A stretch of 35,776 bases of DNA from assembly GCA_045634605.1 (NCBI GenBank), contig JAZRAN010000154.1, positions 1 to 35,776 on the forward strand, in the 5' to 3' direction. This document shows positions 16,892 through 28,800 of the stretch, in pieces. Numbering within the stretch: position 1 is the first letter of the stretch; each line of letters begins with the position of its first letter. This stretch comes from Candidatus Stercoripulliclostridium sp. Lineage in GTDB: Bacteria > Bacillota > Clostridia > Christensenellales > DTU072. The position numbers and the translations under genes are program-made. The notes under the pieces are model-generated. The model saw nothing but the letters and a program-made list of their open reading frames with translations. It searched no databases and was not told where the DNA came from.

Positions 16892-19800
16892 TTAATATTT
16901 GCCTTGAGCAACGTTTACGTAACGTAAATAGCCTTGGTAGTTCCACGCATCCTTCCACAAGGTTTGGAAGTCACCGCCCGTCTTTTGACAGTCTGCCGCA
17001 TATACCTTGCTACTACTGCTTGCGCTCTCCGTAGTACCACTTACGTTCCAGTCGGGAGCATAGCTTGATGAAGTATATCCGTCGGTGTCATAGAAGTATA
17101 CGTGAGCCGTTCCGCTTAGGTAGTTAGTTCCTTCATAACCCCAAGTAAAGCCTGCTTCTATGCTTGCGGGGTCGTATCTTGTACCACCGCCAACGTACTC
17201 TGCGCTTGCCTCGACGTAAACGTTCGTTTCGCCCTTCTTATTACCACTTGATTCGCCTATATAAACGTACATCGGCAGATTTACGTCGCTTGCTTGGTCT
17301 ACCCATAGGTAATGGAAGAACTTGATATATGCCGTACCGCTTATGGAAGTAATATTGCTATTGCTACTATATCCGCAAACTGCCGCTAGGTAAGACTCAC
17401 TGGTTAGGGTGTCGTTAGACCTTCTGTTAACCATCAACTTAGCATTTACGCTTACGGTGTCGATGGTACCGATATTATAGCCTACCGCTCCACCTGCGTA
17501 AATGGTTGACGTATCTGCGCCTGCATCTCCGTGCATTAGTCCGTTAGAGCCGGAAGTCGGGACGTATTCCCTATTATCTGCCGTTACGATTTCGTACGCC
17601 GCAGTAGTCCTGTTGTAATCGTTAGTTGCAGTACTTACACCGCTTATTCCACTGCCCACCAAGTAACCTGCGTTAAAGCCTATCATACCGCCGTACGTAC
17701 CGCCTTCATAAGCCGTTCCTTTTTGACGAGAAGTATAAAGTCTTGCTTTTACGGTTGCATTTTCTACGGTACCAAAGTTTACGCCGACCAATCCGCCGAC
17801 CATAGAGCCGGTAAGAGTGAGCGTATAGTTGCCGGTAGTAGTAACGCTTGCGCCACTAATAGTACCATTGTTATAACCTGCTATACCGCCACCGCCGTAA
17901 TTTCTTACGTTGCCGTTTTCATCCCAAGTAGGAGCGTCAAAGCCTGAAGGCGCGCTATATGAACGAACTTCGGAGTCACTGTCACTCAAAGTAAACGATA
18001 CGTTAGAAATCGTTCTGTTTGCGCCGACTGCGCCTACTATACCGCCTATTGCAATCTTATTATAAGTGCTTGCAAGGCGTGTGTCTATTGCGCTTACGTT
18101 ATCTATTGCAACAAGTCCGGTATCGCTTACGCTTGCTTGAATCGTACCTGCTATACCACCTGCGCCAATACCAAGAGCGCCCATACTGCTTCCATTTACT
18201 ACAGATACGCCCTTGACCGTATATCCGCCGTTCTTACCTTGGACGCTACCGTAGTTGCCGATTGAGCCGACGATACCGCCCGCGCCACCGGTGTAGTCGC
18301 TACCTTGACCAAGATATGAACCGCCTACGGTAGCTACGATATTGAATGATGCGATGCTACTATTGGTGATAATACCATGCTCAAGGCTTTCGCCGGAAAT
18401 GATACCAACTAAACCACCAACGAAGTTGGAGCCGTTTACGGTATTGGAAATACTTGGCGAACCTTTTTCTACGTAGTATACGTTTTCTATGCGACCGCCA
18501 AATACGCTACCTGCTATGATACCTACGTTATTTGCGCTTGCCGCAACGTACGCTCTACCTAGGGCAATATTCTTTACAACGCCACCGCGATAGATTCTGC
18601 TAAAGATACCTACGTTTTCTTTAATGCCGGATGAACGCAAATCTAGTTGTACGTTATATAGAGCAAAGTTACCGCCGTCATAAACACCGTTAAAGCCGTT
18701 TGAGTAATAAACTCCACCGGAAGTGAAAGGCATACACAAAGGTCTATCAAGCGTGTTGTTAACTTCGTTAAGATTGATGTCCGCTACTTGCTTAAAGTGG
18801 ATACGTAATGCTTGACCGCCTGAATATCCGTAGATTAGGTTTGCATTGTTGCCCTTGTAGAGATTATCTACGTTACGCAAATGGTCTACCGTTCTGATCT
18901 TGAAGGGTTTTGCTTCCGAGCCGTCGCCTGCGGTTGCAAGAGAATCGCCACCGTCGAAGGGATAATCGTATAGGCTGATTGCGTTATTTACTCTTGTGGT
19001 AAAGCGTTTTACGTCTACCAAGGGTTCCGCGCCGTCCCATACGCCGTTCGAGTTAGAGTCGGTATATGCTTCGCCGAGATCCCATACGCCGTTAGCATTA
19101 GAGTCGGTTAAAGGCTCTGCGCCGTCCCATACTCCGTTGCCGTTTAGGTCTTCATATTCTTCGCCAGCATCCCATGCGCCGTTATAAACGTATTCATACT
19201 CATTCCACGATGCTTGACCATAGTATACGACGTGTTGAACCTTCTTTGATATCTTAGAGCCGTCAAAGTTTACACCTAAACTAATGTTATCGCTGTCGAG
19301 AACGTTCATGCTTTGAACGATGCGGTTTGCATAATCGCCACTTACTTGACCATCGAAAGTTCTACCTGATAAAATCGGTATTCCGTTAATGGTAATGATG
19401 CCGTCTACAACGTCGTCTACGTCGCCCACGCCACCATCGTTTACGTAGTACGCAACGTTGCCTTGAGCGTCAACCGATTCTTCCACTGAATTAGTATCGT
19501 TTTCTTTTAGGATTTCACCAAGTTCGTTGGGAAGTTTGATTGCAGAGCCAACGTATACGTTATGCAATACTAACGAGCCGTAAGACTCAAAGTTTACGTT
19601 AACGGTCTTTTCTGCGTTTGCGGTAATGACTATTTCCATCAATTCGATTGCGGAATTATATTCATCCCACTCTTTTGCAAGGATCATATCTCTCAAATCG
19701 CCATCTTTAGGTATGGACGAATTGATAGCGTCGGTAGAATTGTTACCATCCCAAACGTTTTGGTTGTTTTCATTTACGGAAGTAATGCCTACGAATCTAT

Positions 19801-22800
19801 CGTACAAGGGGTTAAAGTACGTTGAATCGTTGATATTGCCGGTATAACTGGTAGATAGAGTAAATACGTATTGAGTTCCTACGCGAGCGTTATCTATGGT
19901 AATCATCCTATTACCGGAGACTTCGCCTACGAGTTCCCAAACGCCGTTGACCTTTTGATAGCAGTTTAGCGTGGGCATCGCATCGGTTAGTACTTGGCTA
20001 AAGCCCGATACGTTCGATACCCTTATACTTAATGTATATACGCGTACGTAGCGCGCGAATATCTTGAACGACGCATCCATTAGAACTTGCATTTGCTTGG
20101 TTACGGGGTTGTAGTTATAGGAGATATATTCGCCCGTTCCTACGCCTTGAACGTTCTTTATTTCTTCCGTCTTCAAGTAATAGGTTGTAGCATCAAGTCC
20201 GCTACCTTCAACTACTAATTTGTCATAACTGCTTTCGCTTGCCGTTGCTTCTAGGCGTTGATATCCGCCGTTGCCGTTTTCGGTTATATACCAACCTTCA
20301 AATACGTAACCGGGGATTTCGCCGTGTAGTAGCGTTTGAACGGTATTGTAGTTAAAGTAACCGTTAGAACGAGAAGTGCTGTTAATCTTGGGCTCCGCTT
20401 CGCCTTGACCATCTATGAATATGGTATCGGTGGAAAGCGCGGTAGACTTAACAAGCGTCAAGTTTTCTACCTTTTGGAACAAAGGTCTAATTCTTATCGC
20501 GCTAATATTAGATGATGAAATCCAATTACCGTTGTAATCATATTGCGATGCGTCATAGTTGAATCCACTCATTACGCTTTCATCAATGCCGATATATGCA
20601 GGATAGGTTGAACTAAACAAGCAAGATATCGGGAAGGTGAAGGTGCCCTTGGTTACAAGGTTGGTTTGAGAGTTGGGGTCAACGTAAGGAATATTTCTCC
20701 ACTCATAAGTTCCCGTTACCTTGTTGTATGCGTAGTATTGCCATGCGATAAAGCTAAAGCTGTCGGAAGATTCCGCTCCGCCTATCCAAGATAGCGTTAG
20801 CATATTGTCGTTCCAAGTGTTGTAGGAAGAGCCTGCGTGATTCTTGTTTGAATTATCGATGGTGTTAATCTTGCCCAACATTTGGAATGCGGTATCCGTT
20901 CTATACGAGTTATCTGCGCCCAATCTGGACTCAATGCTGTATGAAGAAGTAAAGTATTGAGTCAAGCTTTCGTCATATACGATAGTAGACGCAGTAATTT
21001 GTCCGGGATTCAAATAGTTACCGCTATCGACGTATTCGTTTTCTACAACAACGTTATATACGGGTATAAATTTTGCTACGATTTCTACGTTATAAGTGGT
21101 CTTTTGAACACCATCCGTAGCGGTAGTACTTTCTACGATATTTACGCCGTTAGGTAGATTGTCAAGGTTATTTAGTACGAAATCGCCTTCATAGGTTGAC
21201 GGATAGTTTTGTCCTAATTGCGTGTAGGAGTTAATTCCGTTGATGAAATATCCCACGAATTGATAGTACTTCTTATAACCTAACAGACTCGTCAAAGTCA
21301 TTCCGATATCATAGAACAATCTATCGTTGTAATCGTAGGTGATGGTTTGCGGTTTGTATCTGTTGTTTGCATCCGCCTTGTTAGCGCTTAGATTTTCGTA
21401 TCCCGAAGACCTATCGGTAAACCAAATGTCATATCCGGTAGCAAAGCTTCCGCTATCGGGTTCATCGGTAAACCACTCGACTCTGGTGGTTACGGAAATT
21501 TGCTTCCAGAACCTAATCTTGAAGATTGAGTTTTCTGCAAGGTGATTGAAGGTTACGGAAACTCTACCGATTCTACCGCCGTTTGCCAAATATGCGTCAA
21601 CGTCGTTTATTACTTCGAACTTATCGTTGTAGTAAACCATCGTTACGCTACCATCCGCCTTTGCGGTAACGGGGCTATAAGTCGAGCTAAATTGCTTGAA
21701 TCCTTGTGCATCGGGAACGGAAAGCGGTAGTAGTTCGAGCATGCTGTCGAATCTAAAGCTTTCTTTGGGGGTAATGTTGACGGTTAATGTTTGATTGGGG
21801 CTCATAGATAGCGAGTTATTAGTCAAGCTACCTACGGTTGCGCCGTCGATTGCGTAAGTTACGCTACCACCTTCGCTCTGTACCTTGGAACCTACGGTTT
21901 CCATAGCGAAACTTATCATCATAGTATTCTTGAAGTATGCGTAAACGAGTCTTTCTTCTAGAGTTTCTACGCCGGAAGTATAGCCGTCTTCACGTTGAGT
22001 GAGCTTGCCACCCACTTCGCTTATTACGCAATAACTATATCCCTTGGTTTCGTTCTTGGAAATGCTATCTCTACCGCGTAGGACTAAGCGAGCGCCACTT
22101 AATACTCTATAAGTATAGGTTGCATCAGCGTTACCATCGGTGTCTTCAAGGATTTCTTGAACGCCTGCTACGTTGGGTAGTATTACTCCGCGGTCTAAGT
22201 TTTCGGTGTAGTTTGCGGTTGCCGTCAAACCTGCGTATTGACGATACTTCATACTGCTCGGATCGTTGTTTGCAAACGAGCCTTCAAAGTACTTGTATTC
22301 AGGATGTATTTGAACGGTTATTTCATATACACGGAAGAATACTGCTCTGAACGTACGGTTAGAAGTCATAGTATAGCGCAATACTTGACCGTTAGATTGT
22401 AGCGTAATACCGGTACCATCGGGGTCGTGAGTTACGTATGACCATACTCCGTTCTTGTATTCTTGGAATCCTTGGAAGGAGTATCTTCTTGCGCCTACGG
22501 CGGGTACGTTGACGGTTATGGTTGCTTCCGTGCCGTAAACGTGAGTAGTTACGTCCTTTCTATCGCTAAACGATGCGCTTACGTTGAATGCTCTGTTACC
22601 GCTTATGGTAGGAATTTGAGCGGAAGTGATTGTGGAGCCCTTGTTTATGACTCTTTCGTTTTCCGTGGTCGCTTCTACCAAATAGGTTTGAACGATGGAT
22701 TCATGCTCGTCAATAGCCACAGTGTAGTATACACGGATGACGTTTTGAGAAGTAGAGTGATAATCCATCATGGAAAGAATTGCATCGTCTAGTTTGACGT

Positions 22801-25800
22801 CTAGTCCGCTTGCCTTCTTGGTAAATAGGTTATAGTTACGGTCAGCCGTTCCTTCCAATGCGAAATTGTACGCAACGGCCAAGGGGTTATTCTTAGGCAT
22901 ATTGTAAAGAGAGACGCCCGTTATAGAATATCCTTCCTTTAGTTCGTGCGCTATGACGTTTTCGGTGTCGAAGATGAATTGATTGTTTTCTAGCGATAAA
23001 CCTAACGTTTCATCGGTGTATAGCGCAGTGATTTGCAAGTTGTTTACAAAGAAGACTACTTCAAACTTTTGCTTTTCATAAGTGGGAAGTATGGTTATCT
23101 TGCTTTGTCCGTTTACAAACGCATCGTTGATTTCTATCTTCTTTTCTCCGCCGCCAAGAGCTGTCGTAGTGGTTGAGTACTTGTAACGCATGCCGTCCTT
23201 TTCGTATACGGTAGGTATGCTAATGCCGTTGACGTCAAGTTTAGAGAGATAATAACCCGCGTCGGAAACGAGCTTGAGTTCAAAGAGTTCGTGGTGGCTT
23301 ACTAACGTAATACCGGTAGATTCATATTGTCCACCGCTGGCTATAACGTATTCGATTGCGTATTGCTTGATAGCGTAGGTTACGTTTACTACTACGTTAC
23401 CGGTCATACTCGGTATAGTGAAAGTACGAGTACCGCTACCATCGTCCGCATCAAGACCGTTTTCGTTTTGTACTAGGCTTGATATAACTCCACCATCATT
23501 ATCCATAGTAATGGAAACGGACGTTATTCTATATCCGTTGGGAGCTGTTAAAGATATGGTTAGTTTGTCCGCAAATACCGCTTCTCCAAGCAATTGTCCT
23601 ACGTCGGAGAAGTTGCCTTCTACGTTAGTGAAGTACTCGCCGTACTCTTTGCCACTTACGTTCTTGTTGATGATTACGCCACTTACTGCGCTTACCTTTC
23701 TTACTACTTCGCCGTTTTGTACGATATCGTAGGTCTTAGCGAAGTCTCCGTTGAAGGTTACGTCATACTTCTTGTTTGCTAGCGTAATTACTATTTCCAA
23801 GTTAGAAGTTACGTGTAATTCGGTATAAGTTCCATAATCTTCTAGCGCATTTGCGATAACGGGCTTTTCATCACCGTTAATCATAACGCTTTCCATAACG
23901 TAACCGCGGTTGATATCAAGCTTAATCGTCATGCTTTGATTCCACTCAACAACGCTAGTGCTTAGTTGAGCAAGACCGCCCGTGAAACTATTTACTGTAA
24001 TGCTATAAGTATGGATGGTGAAAGCTACTTCACAATAAGTATCTTTCTTTACTTCGTAACTTTGACGCATAGTTGCATCTTCGTTTTCTATGCGCTTAGA
24101 TTCTCCGTTAACTTTGAAAGCGGAAATTCTATTGCCTTCTTCAACGTATCCGTTGAATGCGTTATGGGGCATTGCGGAGAATATTACGTTTGCGCCGTAA
24201 GTTACCTTTATGCCGTCTTCCGTTGCCCATATGGTTCCGGTGCTTAATTGACGTACCGCAAGCGTCCATAGTCCATCGGGAGCATTACCCGCTTCGGGCG
24301 CTTCGTCCAAAATAATAATTCCGGGAGCCCAAAGCAATACGTCGTCTACGTCATAGATAGCGTATTCACCGCCTAGGCTAGCTTGCATATCTACTTCAAA
24401 GGTTTGAATTTGATATTTTACGCTAATATCCAAGTCGGAATTGATAGTACCTACGTACGCATTATTTCTTAATGATTTGAGTCTATCTTCGCCGTTAACG
24501 TTAAATACACCGTGAGTATAACCTTCCCCGGGCATTGCTTTAATCGTAAAGTTCAAACCATGTTCATACTTGCCGTTTTCTAGAATTACGGTTGCGTTAG
24601 AATAAGGATTGGTAAATACGGGCTCAAGACTTCCGTTAGATAGCCACGGAGCGCCTTCGCTCTCTATGGTAAGAGTTTGCGTATAGGAATAAGTACGTCT
24701 CTTGAACTCTACGTTTACGGATTGAATATCTCTGGAAATTCCCTTTAAGATATATGAACCGCCGTTTTCGCCAATAGATTCGTTAGAGCCGGTCAAGTTA
24801 ATTCTTTCGGATTGAGTCTTGCCGTTGTCGTCAATATAGATGAGTTCAAATAGCGCGATATAGTATCCACGAGCCGTTCTTGGCGTAATAACGAACTTGA
24901 CGTTACTTCCGTGGATATAGCGCTTGGACGCATCGGGCGCAGAGCCGTTAATAGTAACTACGCCGTAAGAGTTGCTTTCTACGTCTATTGTCTTAAAGTT
25001 AGCGCTTTCATTGGTTGCGTTAACGTTAATTTGATATTCGTTGACGGCATATTCTACTCTAATGGTAATATTACCGCTTACTTCGTCTTTGAGCGTATAG
25101 AATCTTTGACTTAGGTCGTTAGCGGAAACGTTATCTTCCTTCCAATCATCAACTTCTACTCCGTTAACTTTTAGGGATGCAATATGATATCCTACGTCCG
25201 CTTTCATCATTAGAGAAATGATATCTCCAAGGCTTAGTTTTACTTCGCTTGCGGGACGATATGCGTCTTCCCCTTTCTTAACTAGCGTTTCTCCACCCAA
25301 AACCTTGTCAATAGTTATAGAGTATACCATCGGTGAGAATTCTACCGCTAGGTCAACGTTACCGGAAACGTAAAGTTGTAGTCTACCGGAAACGTATTCG
25401 CCACTTGCAATGGGCGTGCCTATTAGATTCGTAGTGGAAACCTTTTCTCCGTTAAGGATTATAGCGCTAATGTAGAAACCGTCGTTAGCGGTAATTTCTA
25501 CGGTCTTGGTTTCGCCGTAATTTACGTTAACGGTACCGGTCGTACCTACGCCACTCAAAGAGCCGTTTGCGCCATGAGTATACGTAAGTTCATATTGAAT
25601 AGGAGCAAATGATGCGGTAATCGTCAATTCGCCGGTTACGTATTCGCCCTTGAATTCATAATTGAGAACGCCGGAAACGTAGTTCTCATATTCGGTGCTC
25701 GTGAGTGGTTGATGTATTACGCTAGAACCTTCTACGGTAATAGCGAATGCGGAAACGTAATAACCTACGTTAGGAGTTAATCTTACGTTGAAAGATTCGT

Positions 25801-28800
25801 TCTTGCGTACTAAACTCTTATCCGTTGCTATTACGCCGTGTTGCGCGCCGGATTGAATGTTTACTGCGTAAACGATTTCTTCGAATACTGCGCTAACGAT
25901 TGCATCTTCTTTTATTGTTAAAGTATATTCGCCGTCAATTAAAGGAACTTCTTTACCGTTTATTACAAGAGTTTTTGCAGAACTTCCCGTGTTTGCGCTC
26001 AATGCAAATTTTACTTGACTGTTAACTTCAAGCGCGCTACCGGAAACAACTGCATTACCATTTCCGTCCGTAACGCTCAATACACCGTTACCTTCCACTC
26101 CGTAAGTAAGAACGTGTTCGCTTGCATTGGCGTCTTCGCCTTCAAAATAGACGTATACGTCTATTGCGGTAGTTACGTCGTAAACGAACAAGGTGGTTAC
26201 TTCATTGCCCAGCATATCGGTAGAAGACAATAGAGAATAATATCCGTTTAATTTGTTTTCTACGTATTCGCCTTCCAGCGGTAGATATTGGTAGGTTTCT
26301 CTTGCATCTTGATTCTTTACGATAATGTTGGCAAGAGAGAGTTCATATCCTTCGGATATGGTAACTGATACGTTGACGTCTCCGCCGTAAGAAACGGTAG
26401 CAACGTAAGTGTTGCCTATAACGCTTTCGTTGTTGATGCTTACTTCGTTATCGGCCTTATTGATTAGGTATACCTTGTAATCCACGCTAATCGGCAAGCA
26501 GTCGATTACTACGGAGTAACTGGCGTTTACGTTACTCAAAGTAATAACGTGCGACTTGGCAAAGAAGTTGGTCGTTTCGTCACGGTCAATGCCCGTATTT
26601 GACTTAACGTTAATCTTGTTGATGTAATAGCCTTCTTTCGCCTTTACTTCAAAGTCAACGGTAGATGCGTGTTCAATATTGTTAAAGGTATAGCCTTCGC
26701 CGTTGACTAGATTGATAGTGCTACCATTATAAGTTATGGAAGTATTGCCTTCTTTTTCTTCAAAACGTACGAAATAAGTAGTTCTTCTGAAAATAAACTT
26801 TACGTCGTAGTCTTTCTTTGCGGCGCTTACTTGGAATTCTCTGGCTAATTGTACGTCGTCAAAAGTTTGTTCTTCTCCGCCGTCGATAACTACTGCGTTT
26901 ACGTAATATCCGCTCGTAGTAGATGCTCTAACGCTAAACGCCTTGTTGTAACCGATAGTAAAGGGCGCGTCAACCGAACCTATGCCTTCGTATGAAGTCG
27001 TTACGTTATAGTATAATTCCGCATATTCAACCGCAAAGGTAACGTCACTTTCTATGCCGTCGATAGAAAGAGTCATCTTCGTTACTCTGTAATCGTTTAC
27101 GCCATCCTTGGGAGCTTGTCCGTTAACAAGGAATTCTCCGTTTTCTGCGTTCTTATATACGGTATATCCGTTTACCGCAACGTATGGGTCTACTATGGTG
27201 CCGTTAGCGGTAACTCTGCGGATATAGTAGCCGTCTTTTGCCGTAACGGAGAATCTGGGCTCGTTGCCCCTTAGGAAAGTTAAACCTTCGCTTTCCGCCA
27301 CCATTTCGCCATATTCGCTTTCCGCAGGAAGAGTTACTCTATACGAGAACTCGCGGTAAGTGATTACTACGTTTTGATTTTCGGTTACGTTTTCTATAAT
27401 GAGATTATAATACGTTGCTTCCGCGGGTACTTGTTGGTTTACGCCGTTGAGAGAAACGGATGCTATGTAATATTGTTTACTACTGGGTTTGTTTTCATTT
27501 TCGGGAACTATTTCAATAGAAATACCGGAGCCGTAGTTTACTTGGGTGAGTACGTTTTCACCAAGTTGACTTTGGGTTTCGTTGGTACCTACTATGCCAT
27601 AGGTGATAGTACCGTTATTGGTAGCGCCACTGCCGTTTGTTATAGATACGCTATATTCACTCAAAGTAAATACCGCTTCTATGCTGTAATCGGAACTTAT
27701 GATTGCATTAATCGTTACGTCATAATATCCGTCTTCACCCGCAAGGTTTTGACCGGAAGTGGTTGCGCCGTTAATGGTTACGGAAGAAAGCGCGTATCCT
27801 TCGGTAGGACGAATTCTAATAGCGTAATCTTTGGTAACGGGCATATCTACTCTGTTGGAAATGCTCTTTTCTATGGCTTCTTCGCCGGGGTTAGCCGTTA
27901 GAGAATAGATGGAACCGGAGCCGATTATGGAAACGGTTAGCGCCTTGGTGTTTTCTTCGAATACCGGCACGACGTATACAACGGGACTTTCTACCTTGAA
28001 GGTCTTATCTACTACCTTAGAAGTGGGAAGTCTGTCTGCGTCCGCAAGATACCAACCTTTAAAACTATAATTGGTCTTAACGGGAATTTCTTCCGGGAAA
28101 GAGCCGGTTACAGCGCCTGCAAGATTGTCTTGATAGTATGCGGTAACTACCCTACCGCTTGCGCCTAGTACGCCGTCTACGTTTTCTTGATATCCATTAG
28201 CGGGGTCGATAAAGGATGGGTCTTCGTTGTCACCTTTTAGGAATACTACCTTATAGATTTCCTTTTCCCAATACGCAACCAGCGTGGTGGGTTGAGTAAA
28301 CGTGGTGCTATTCTTTACTAATACGGGAGAGCCGTTTGCGTTAACTTCGCCGTTTTCGGCATACCAACCCTTAAAGGAATAACCCAACATAGTTAGGTAG
28401 GACGTATCTTCTACGTCGAATACTTGACCTATGGGCGTTTCGTAACTAACGTCGAATAGGTCGAATATCTTGTTGCCCATAGAAGTAAAACTTATATCGT
28501 TTTGGAGTTTTACAAAGTGCGCCTTTACGGAAATAGAATCAACGTATTCGTCGGGAGTAAAACTCAAAACGTATTCTCTTTGCGTGCCGGTGCGCGTAGA
28601 AATAAACTCAATAGCGTAATCTGCGCCCACGTGTACGAGTTTACCACCGCTCATTTCCGGGTCTAGACTTACCCAAGAATTGAGTTCTACGTTATAGACC
28701 GACCAGCCTACAAACTTATAGTCTTGTGAAATGGGAGAAACGCGTACCGTTGCGATTTCGTCCTTTTCATAGAAACTAAGAGCGTCCGTCGTGCCTATTA

